A DNA stretch of 33,207 nt, from the NCBI GenBank assembly GCA_045589995.1, contig JAZNQB010000010.1:1-33207 (forward strand). Direction: 5' to 3'. The DNA is from Paludibacteraceae bacterium. GTDB taxonomy: Bacteria; Bacteroidota; Bacteroidia; Bacteroidales; Paludibacteraceae. The stretch's first letter is position 1, and each line of letters starts with the position of its first letter. Position numbers and translations under genes: made by a program. Positions 24,064 through 29,128 of the stretch are shown piece by piece. The notes under the pieces were generated by a model, which saw nothing but the letters and a program-made list of their open reading frames with translations, was not told where the DNA came from and did no database searches.

Positions 24064-26049
24064 TTAATACATATCTCGAATGTTCTCTTCCTCTACTTCA
24101 GTAGCAGCTTCAAATGCGTTTACAGTTGCCTTTGGTGCTTCAGGCAAAGCACGCTCGGCTGCATACTTCAGCGTTTTGTGCTGACCTTGTGAGTCGGTAA
24201 TCAGGAACTTGCTCAGGTCATCAAATTCACGACTTTGCAGGATCTGCATAGCTCCCTCCTGGTGTGCTCCTAATGTGTGGGCAATTCGCGTCTCTTCTTT
24301 TTCGCGGAAGTGCAGCACTTGAGCCAACTTCTCGTAGTCGCCAGGCTTGCGGTCAGCGAGTGCCATTGGTTGGATATACTTCGTTGCAAGCAAGAACTGT
24401 TCGCTGCCATCTTCAGTAGTAGCCAATACGGTACTCATGTCTTGAGGGTCGTATTTGATATGCCAGTCTATATAGCAAAGGTCACGAAAACGCTCATCGA
24501 ATGTTTCATATTGGATTTTCTCTCCAGCGTATTTGATTACAATACCCTGTGCGCCCAAACGATAGGTGTCACGGCGTGTGTTACCCAATAGCGCCAAATA
24601 CTTCATCATTGGCAACTCCACTTTGCGCTCCTCTGGAAGTGCTTTGTACTTCTCCATGAACGCTGCCATGTGCTCGTTGCGATATTGGCTAATGAGCATG
24701 TCAATCTCAGCAATCAATTCCTCTTTGGTAGGGAAATTCTTCTTGTTTGCCAGGGCAACATCCATATTGGGTTGGTTCTTAGCTTTGACACCATGACCGG
24801 ACCAGTTGAACATCTTCTTGCAATACTTGTCGTTGAACTCACGGAACCAAGGTTCAATGTCCTTTGATTTGGCATTTCCTACAGCTGCTGGTGTCACGGC
24901 TTCAACAGCCAACCCTGCGTAGATCTCGCGCATTGCACCAATAGCGAAGTTGTCGCATTGTATTTGGTTGGGGCGCAGCATACGGCCGAATAGTTCCTGT
25001 GTGTGGCGCATGGCATTACGCAAAGCGCGGGTAATGAGTTCAGCGCTCTCGGTGTCGTCAATCGCATAGCCGATTGGATAGCGTGTGCTTGGATCCAAAA
25101 CTACTTCCACTGTCAAGCGGTTGTGATAGGTGGTGCGACCATTGACCTTTTGCTGATAGTACAACTCACAGTCCCAGCCGTCCAACACCCACATCAATAG
25201 TGGTGCACTTGGTCGCTCGCGTTGTACGGTCATAGCATGACCATTGCGGTGTGCGCTTGCTCCTCGACGGCTGGCGGTGATCATGTACTCTTTTTTCTTG
25301 CGCCACTCAGCTACATTGCTTGCGGTGATAGTCTTCCAACCTTTGGCTTTTGCCACAATGTTGTAGAACTCTGCACAGTCCTTGTCTGAGAAGTTGCGGT
25401 GTTCTGCTATCACCATGACCATCATATCCACCTGTTCCGGTGTGAGGATCTTCGCTGCATTGGTGCTGCCTGTCTTGAAGTTCTTATGAATGAGAACTTC
25501 CAACCCTCCGCGCTCGTACTCCTCGAAGCGTTGCTTTAGCTTGCGCTCATTCTCTGGCAAGTTCACCTTCAGTGCGCTTCTGTCCAAGTCTGCCACCAAA
25601 CGAACAATCGTAGTCCAGGGCAACGAGATGTCATTGCGTTTGTATGCCTCACGCATCTGACGAATACCATTCAGCACAATTGCATTGGCAGTGTACTCTA
25701 TGCGTTTGTCCATAGGCAAGAACGAACCTTTGGCGGTCTTGTAGTTGTCAAAGAACTCACTCACGAGAGCATCAGGGCGAACAAAGTCCATGAGTGACAC
25801 GGTTTGTTTGGCTTTGTCGTATGGACTTGCGTTCAGCGCCTCTTGGATCCTGCGCTTTAGGTCTTCATCCAAACTGCCGAAATCAATGTAGGCCTCTTTG
25901 TTCCTGCATGCCTTCTGCAACTGAATAATAGTACCGCGTGCAATGCGTGCACGAACGGCGGTTTGACTGATAATGTTTCTCTCATCAAGCCATTTGACTT
26001 TGATGCCAACACGAGATTGGAGAATGAGAGTTGGATTGTTGTTTTCCAT
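24064..26049 (-). CDS. MuA-like DDE transposase
   Basis: The track ORF begins at GTG 26097, inside the tRNA-like element. ATG 26049 (MENNNPTLILQSRVGIKVKWL) is the likelier start. It has N-terminal DNA-binding regions and an RNaseH-like core (LMWVLDGWDCELYY...). It is paired with the MuB-like gene. Confidence 0.85.
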   Translation of the reverse strand: MENNNPTLILQSRVGIKVKWLDERNIISQTAVRARIARGTIIQLQKACRNKEAYIDFGSLDEDLKRRIQEALNASPYDKAKQTVSLMDFVRPDALVSEFFDNYKTAKGSFLPMDKRIEYTANAIVLNGIRQMREAYKRNDISLPWTTIVRLVADLDRSALKVNLPENERKLKQRFEEYERGGLEVLIHKNFKTGSTNAAKILTPEQVDMMVMVIAEHRNFSDKDCAEFYNIVAKAKGWKTITASNVAEWRKKKEYMITASRRGASAHRNGHAMTVQRERPSAPLLMWVLDGWDCELYYQQKVNGRTTYHNRLTVEVVLDPSTRYPIGYAIDDTESAELITRALRNAMRHTQELFGRMLRPNQIQCDNFAIGAMREIYAGLAVEAVTPAAVGNAKSKDIEPWFREFNDKYCKKMFNWSGHGVKAKNQPNMDVALANKKNFPTKEELIAEIDMLISQYRNEHMAAFMEKYKALPEERKVELPMMKYLALLGNTRRDTYRLGAQGIVIKYAGEKIQYETFDERFRDLCYIDWHIKYDPQDMSTVLATTEDGSEQFLLATKYIQPMALADRKPGDYEKLAQVLHFREKEETRIAHTLGAHQEGAMQILQSREFDDLSKFLITDSQGQHKTLKYAAERALPEAPKATVNAFEAATEVEEENIRDMY

Positions 26050-26071
26050 TTGTTTCTTGATTATTCTTTTG

Positions 26072-26146
26072 CGCCCAGGTGGGGAGTCGAACCCCACACC
26101 GTTCCCACGCCTTTACTGCTTACGCTGCCTTTACGTTATACTGGGC
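26072..26146 (-). ncRNA. tRNA-like element (intact T-arm and acceptor stem, no D or anticodon arm); not a canonical tRNA
   Basis: Minus strand: GCCCAGT...TGGGG-TTCGACT-CCCCA-CCTGGGC-G. It has a 5-bp T-stem with a canonical TTCGAnT loop and G53-C61, and a 6-bp acceptor pairing GCCCAG/CTGGGC, 75 nt overall. The inner 43 nt do not fold into D/anticodon arms and carry a GTAAAGGC direct repeat (plus-strand gcctttac at 26109-26116 and 26127-26134). Confidence 0.45.
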
Positions 26147-26155
26147 TCCACAACA

Positions 26156-26413
26156 TTAGTTGAATTTGCTTAGTTCGTTGAACATGTCTTGACACTCCTC
26201 AATCTTCTTTTGGAAGTCTTCAAGAGACATATCTTCGATGTCAAAAGTGCTCTTGAGGTTATTGTTCACCAGTATGCCAGCCATGCCCTGTTGAAAGTCC
26301 ACCGACAAACGCAAGGTGTTTTCTTTATCACCCCACTTGAGGTCCATCACATGACCAAAGGTGTGATTGTGCTCGCACACATAGTCCAGTTTTTTCAGAT
26401 AATTTGCTTCCAT
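26156..26413 (-). CDS. hypothetical early protein
   Basis: 85-aa acidic ORF upstream of the transposase. No motif recognised. Confidence 0.45.
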   Translation of the reverse strand: MEANYLKKLDYVCEHNHTFGHVMDLKWGDKENTLRLSVDFQQGMAGILVNNNLKSTFDIEDMSLEDFQKKIEECQDMFNELSKFN

Positions 26414-26425
26414 GATTATATTTGA

Positions 26426-26457
26426 TTTGTTTATATCGGTATTTTTTAGTACCTTTG
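26426..26457 (+). promoter_or_regulatory. Bacteroidota-type promoter of the antisense-embedded moron
   Basis: TTTG (26426-26429), 20-nt spacer, TACCTTTG (26450-26457), ATG at 26478. From the -7 box onward, 21 of 22 nt are identical to the repressor promoter at 27377-27398. Confidence 0.55.
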
Positions 26458-26477
26458 TGCGATTTTTCCTAAATTAC

Positions 26478-26759
26478 ATGCTTATGTTTAATCCATTTGA
26501 GAATGACAAAGATGTCATGAAAAAAGCACTAAAAGGCTTAAAATGTCCCGTTCATGGGAAAGCGTCCAAAGTTGTCTTCGATTATAACAGAGACGAAACA
26601 ATTGCGTATCCCCACATAACGAAATGCTGTTGCAATGATTTTGCGAATATAGTAGCAAAGACGCTCTATGAAACTCGCAGATGCGAGGTCGTATATCTCG
26701 AACACGAAACAGGATTGACCTCCAGCACTATTATCATCGAAGAAGATAGTTTGAGTTGA
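26478..26759 (+). CDS. Cys-rich small protein of unknown function (moron candidate)
   Basis: The track ORF 26412..26759 is trimmed to ATG 26478 (MLMFNPFENDKDVMKK...). It has its own consensus promoter and a downstream hairpin/T7. About 69 percent of first codon positions are purines, versus ~58 percent for the overlapping antisense ORF 26538..26918. Cys pattern: KCPVHG, TKCCCND, RRCEV. Confidence 0.55.
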   Translation: MLMFNPFENDKDVMKKALKGLKCPVHGKASKVVFDYNRDETIAYPHITKCCCNDFANIVAKTLYETRRCEVVYLEHETGLTSSTIIIEEDSLS

Positions 26760-26816
26760 TTCTGTAAAGCGCCAAGCTCTCCTGCGCAATTTGTTTACTG
26801 TTTCTTCACTAACTTG

Positions 26817-26856
26817 GCCTTGTAGATTAAACGCTACACCTACGAGGCATTTTTTT
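26817..26856 (+). terminator. possible intrinsic terminator of the moron transcript
   Basis: GCCT-TGTAG (26817-26825) pairs with CTACA (26834-38) and AGGC (26845-48) across an asymmetric bulge, then ATTTTTTT (26849-26856). Weak stem. Confidence 0.3.
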
Positions 26857-26914
26857 CTTTGGTCGTTTGTTTTCATAACTTTAGAATTTATTTTGTTATA
26901 CTTATTAAGATTTG

Positions 26915-27034
26915 TCACATTACTAACGCCACCAACTTTTTTCCTTCCCAGGCCCTGCGACCTTCTACACGCAATTCGCCTGCATAATTGTTGATGAATT
27001 CACGGAACTCATCTCGTGTCTTACATGGTTTCAT
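26915..27034 (-). CDS. 39-aa micro-ORF preceded by a strong Shine-Dalgarno-like AAGGAGGT
   Basis: Hand-read: AAAAGGAGGTATAT-ATG AAA CCA TGT ..., giving MKPCKTRDEFREFINNYAGELRVEGRRAWEGKKLVALVM, stop TGA at 26915-26917. Below the size cutoff of the ORF track. Confidence 0.35.
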   Translation of the reverse strand: MKPCKTRDEFREFINNYAGELRVEGRRAWEGKKLVALVM

Positions 27035-27050
27035 ATATACCTCCTTTTTA

Positions 27051-27188
27051 TTATTTACTCTTTGGGCATGACTGCAAATGCTTCACATAGCGTTTGGTAC
27101 CTGTCCACTTGCACGCTGCTTTGCCAGCTGGCTTGTAGTAGAACGGACATTGAATCTCTCTGCAATACTGACCACTCAACTTTTTCAT
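27051..27188 (-). CDS. 45-aa Cys-rich micro-ORF
   Basis: The ATG overlaps the Cro-like stop as ATGA (27185-27188). Sequence MKKLSGQYCREIQCPFYYKPAGKAACKWTGTKRYVKHLQSCPKSK, stop TAA at 27051-27053. Possible small zinc-binding peptide. Confidence 0.4.
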   Translation of the reverse strand: MKKLSGQYCREIQCPFYYKPAGKAACKWTGTKRYVKHLQSCPKSK

Positions 27189-27361
27189 ATATCTATCTGT
27201 ATTGCACCAAAGTCACGGATCGCTACAAAACGAATCTTTTCCGCGTCCTTGGAATCGTGACAAAAATTCAACGCATTGTACACATTGCGTACATCCGTGT
27301 TCAAAATTTTGGCTATCTTTGCCTTGTCTCCTCTACTTTTTAGTACGATTTTTTTGCTCAT
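27185..27361 (-). CDS. Cro/Ner-like small HTH protein, first gene of the early operon
   Basis: The track ORF 27185..27490 runs through the promoter region. ATG 27361 gives 58 aa, MSKKIVLKSRGDKAKIAKILNTDVRNVYNALNF..., with an HTH. Confidence 0.6.
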   Translation of the reverse strand: MSKKIVLKSRGDKAKIAKILNTDVRNVYNALNFCHDSKDAEKIRFVAIRDFGAIQIDI

Positions 27362-27384
27362 GTCGTTAAAATTTACTACCTTTG
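27353..27384 (+). promoter_or_regulatory. repressor promoter (rightward)
   Basis: TTTG (27353-27356), 20-nt spacer containing the CAT of the Cro-like start, TACCTTTG (27377-27384). The expected TSS is ~27391, giving a ~120-nt leader to ATG 27514. Confidence 0.55.
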
Positions 27385-27413
27385 TGCGCTTTTTCCTATT
27401 GGGAAACGCGGTG

Positions 27414-27444
27414 CAAAGGTAGTAATAAATTTTGAACCGACAAA
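27414..27444 (-). promoter_or_regulatory. early (lytic) promoter (leftward)
   Basis: Minus strand: TTTG (27444-27441), 19-nt spacer, TACCTTTG (27421-27414). The expected TSS is ~27407, with a ~45-nt leader to ATG 27361. It faces the repressor promoter. Confidence 0.55.
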
Positions 27445-27488
27445 ATTTTTGAACGAAAAAAAGTGCAAAAAAGTTGAATTTTTTGAAC
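27430..27488. promoter_or_regulatory. three TTTTGAAC direct repeats (operator candidates)
   Basis: Copies at 27430-27437, 27447-27454 and 27481-27488, spaced 17 and 34 bp. The first two bracket the -33 element of the early promoter. Confidence 0.35.
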
Positions 27489-27513
27489 ATTCAAGGCAAA
27501 AATACTGAATTTT

Positions 27514-27918
27514 ATGGTGAATCTTAAGGAAAAACTATTGAACTGCGCTCAATTTTTTGAACTCACAAAGGCGGACTTGGCTCGAAAAATTGGTATTTCA
27601 AAGTCGAATTTTGTAGGCGAAAGTCTAAAATCAGAACTCAATGGAGCGTCTTTGGTGAAATTTTGTGAGCAATTTCCAGATGTTTCTGCTGAATGGTTAT
27701 TGCGTGACCAGGGTCCAATGCTGAAGTCTGACATCAAAGAGGCTGCTGAGCACAACATCAACAACGGTGTGAATGTTGGGCACATTGGTTCAGGGAACCA
27801 TGTAGAACAGGATCCAGACGCTGCACCTGATTGCGATGCTTGCAAACTACTCCAGGCGAAACAAGAGGTCATCGATGCTCAAAAAATCGCGATTGAAGCT
27901 CTAATGAAGAAATCATGA
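27514..27918 (+). CDS. phage repressor (CI-type HTH), transcribed toward the prophage end like Mu c
   Basis: 134 aa. N-terminal HTH ELTKADLARKIGISKSNFVG and the ...VSAEWLLRDQGPML motif typical of Bacteroidota CI-like repressors. C-terminal coiled coil. Confidence 0.7.
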   Translation: MVNLKEKLLNCAQFFELTKADLARKIGISKSNFVGESLKSELNGASLVKFCEQFPDVSAEWLLRDQGPMLKSDIKEAAEHNINNGVNVGHIGSGNHVEQDPDAAPDCDACKLLQAKQEVIDAQKIAIEALMKKS

Positions 27919-28202
27919 TCGCTTTTTGTGGTACCTCTATTTTTCTTATAGGTTACGCGCGCGCACGCGCAAAGAAATGAACTACCTGAACACCATTTTT
28001 TTTGTATTTTTCGCCTTAAATCCTTGTAAACTGCTGATATTCTGCGTAATGCAAAATTTTGATTTGCGCAAAATGGTGCATTTGGGGTATTATTCGCTGT
28101 AATTTGGGAAAATTATTCGTGATTTTTTCGGCACACTTCTATATCCATAGTTCACAAGAGAGATACAAAGGGGGTAGTGTAGGGCACCCCATTTTTCCAA
28201 CT

Positions 28203-28238
28203 TTTGTCACTCCATTTGTCACTCCATTCGTCACTCCA
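28203..28238. repeat. 12-bp tandem repeat TTTGTCACTCCA x3 (third copy TTCGTCACTCCA)
   Basis: Read directly at 28203-14, 28215-26 and 28227-38. A fourth exact copy lies at 28696-28707. Confidence 0.9.
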
Positions 28239-28252
28239 ATGCAATTTTCTTG

Positions 28253-28270
28253 CAAAACGAAAAGTACGGT
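28253..28270. repeat. Mu-type transposase-binding-site candidate, inverted copy (CAAAACGAAAAGTACGGT)
   Basis: Perfect 18-bp inverted repeat of 28835-28852. It contains CGAAAAGT, reminiscent of the CGAAA(A/G) core of MuA att sites. Confidence 0.5.
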
Positions 28271-28415
28271 TTTGTGTACCTTTCGAATAGTGGTTTGACG
28301 GTCAAAATTCCGCCCCTTAGAGGCGTTTATTATAGGGGACATTTATAGGACACAACCGATGTCTCATAAATGGCTCTATTCCGTGCATACATACGCGCGC
28401 GCGTTACGCCATTAC

Positions 28416-28429
28416 GCACTTTTCGTTTT
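28416..28429. repeat. transposase-binding-site candidate (GCACTTTTCGTTTT)
   Basis: Same 12-nt core ACTTTTCGTTTT as the copies at 28756 and 28838, in the same orientation. Confidence 0.45.
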
Positions 28430-28446
28430 CATGGTTCACTATAGGC

Positions 28447-28472
28447 ACAAAAAAAGCGGACAAATATCCGCT
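28447..28472 (-). terminator. minus-strand intrinsic terminator inside the non-coding end region
   Basis: Minus strand: AGCGGA-TATTTG-TCCGCT followed by TTTTTTGTG (plus-strand A-run 28449-28455). The stem is short (6 bp). Confidence 0.4.
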
Positions 28473-28539
28473 GATATGCCGTTTTTGCTTGTTTTAGAGC
28501 GATTTTCGGTGTTATGCAAGCATTTCCTTAGTCGGTCGC

Positions 28540-28700
28540 TTTCGTGGCTTCTGGTGGCTCGTATTGTGCTTGTGTGCCGTGTGTGCGTGTGGTGACGGAT
28601 CTGTGATTGGAGAGGGTGGTATTTCGGTCGGTTTTGTGGTCGTTTTTCGGTGTGTATTCGGCTTGTGTTTGAATGCAGTTCGTGTGGTATTAACATTTGT
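28540..28700 (-). other. strand-asymmetric tract: C-rich/G-poor on the minus-strand RNA (rut-like)
   Basis: Hand counts on the plus strand: 28561-28620 has 27 G and 6 C; 28621-28680 has 19 G and 7 C. It contains degenerate TTTCGGT motifs near 28504, 28622 and 28646. The ORFs listed here translate to low-complexity T/H/R/P/K strings. Confidence 0.45.
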
Positions 28701-28755
28701 CACTCCATTTGCGTGTAGAAATTAACACAGAATGAACATAGAATGAACGCGGAGT

Positions 28756-28769
28756 GCACTTTTCGTTTT
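28756..28769. repeat. transposase-binding-site candidate (GCACTTTTCGTTTT)
   Basis: Identical 14-mer to 28416-28429, in the same orientation. Confidence 0.45.
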
Positions 28770-28834
28770 TTGGTCTATTATTCTATAACTGACTGATATT
28801 ATATAGGTTGTACCAAATTACACTACACCACTAT

Positions 28835-28852
28835 ACCGTACTTTTCGTTTTG
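28835..28852. repeat. outermost transposase-binding-site candidate (ACCGTACTTTTCGTTTTG)
   Basis: Perfect inverted partner of 28253-28270. It is the last recognisable phage-type repeat before the host amylase terminator, so the prophage end is probably within the next tens of bp. Confidence 0.5.
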
Positions 28853-28942
28853 TGGGCGGTACCTTATTTTTTTGTTAGGTGTATAGGTATATCAAGTATA
28901 ATACAATTGTTAGTCTATTTTCGAGCTCCGGTATAGATAACG

Positions 28943-28975
28943 AATAGTGCGGTTATTGTGCGGTAATAGTGCGGT
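28943..28975. repeat. 11-bp tandem repeat x3 (AATAGTGCGGT / TATTGTGCGGT / AATAGTGCGGT)
   Basis: Read directly. The exact 11-bp phasing is about one helical turn. Whether it belongs to phage or host is unknown. Confidence 0.85.
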
Positions 28976-28995
28976 GCGAGCAGCGAAAGTTGTAA

Positions 28996-29071
28996 GCATA
29001 ATACATATATGTGTGTATGTATTTATATATACATATGTGCGTGCGTACATAATATATATACGTGCACGTAC
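28996..29071. repeat. alternating purine/pyrimidine tract (three blocks of 19, 28 and 20 bp of perfect RY alternation)
   Basis: ACATATATGTGTGTATGTA / TATATATACATATGTGCGTGCGTACATA / ATATATATACGTGCACGTAC, separated only by TTT and AA. Confidence 0.85.
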
Positions 29072-29101
29072 AAAAAATAGCTGCGCCTTATGACGCAGCT
29101 A
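29071..29101 (-). terminator. intrinsic terminator of the amylase gene
   Basis: TAGCTGCG (29078-85) / CGCAGCTA (29094-29101), 8-bp stem, followed on the minus strand by TTTTTTG (plus-strand caaaaaa at 29071-77). It lies 28 nt downstream of the stop. Confidence 0.75.
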
Positions 29102-29128
29102 TTTAGCAAATATGTTGTTAATTGAAGA

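Larger units (their letters stand above)
1..28900. mobile_element. Mu-like transposable prophage, contractile-tail type (partial: fibre side leaves the window at position 1; the repressor/transposase-side end lies somewhere in 28853-29070)
   Basis: Contiguous phage gene set: DDE transposase, MuB-like AAA+ ATPase, GemA-like early genes, HTH repressor/Cro-like switch, terminase, portal, MuF-type head protein, protease-scaffold, capsid, lysis cassette, sheath, tube, chaperone, tape measure, baseplate and fibres. No integrase. Mu-style CGAAAAGT repeats lie at the repressor-proximal end. Confidence 0.8.

Noticed and set aside
26072-26146. A genuine tRNA gene, or an integrase attachment-site remnant
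   Set aside because: I could not form a D arm or any 5-bp/7-nt anticodon stem-loop, and position 8 is A rather than U, so it is not a canonical tRNA. There is no integrase in the element and the sequence is internal to the prophage, so it is not this phage's att site.
26538-26918. 126-aa minus-strand ORF overlapping the 26478-26759 plus-strand ORF
   Set aside because: Its codons are the exact reverse complements of the plus-strand codons, the classic shadow frame. It stops where the plus gene uses a TTA codon. It has weaker first-position purine bias (~58 versus ~69 percent) and no promoter of its own. Only its first ~39 codons lie outside the plus gene. Not fully excluded.
27977-28102. 41-aa hydrophobic ORF (MNYLNTIFFVFFALNPCKLLIFCVMQNFDLRKMVHLGYYSL) as a type I toxin-like peptide downstream of the repressor
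   Set aside because: T-rich non-coding DNA readily yields F/L/I-rich ORFs. No promoter, SD or antisense partner was identified. It is kept only as a remote possibility.
28059-28703. Track ORFs 28059..28298 (+), 28139..28342 (-), 28359..28595 (+), 28439..28696 (-) and 28512..28703 (-) as protein-coding genes
   Set aside because: They translate repeats or compositionally skewed DNA into low-complexity strings (FVTPFVTPFVTP; T/H/R/P/K-rich runs). Several start at GTG/TTG and they overlap one another. They lie in the repeat-dense prophage end, so I treat the region as non-coding.
28253-28852. An invertible promoter (inverton) flanked by the 18-bp perfect inverted repeats
   Set aside because: The same motif also occurs twice more in direct orientation inside the segment. 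It resembles Mu-type transposase sites. No invertase gene is nearby, and I saw no consensus promoter inside the segment. Transposase-binding sites are the simpler reading.
28203-28975. CRISPR array
   Set aside because: The tandem repeats are only 11-12 bp, directly abutting with no spacers, in 3 copies each. No cas genes are present.
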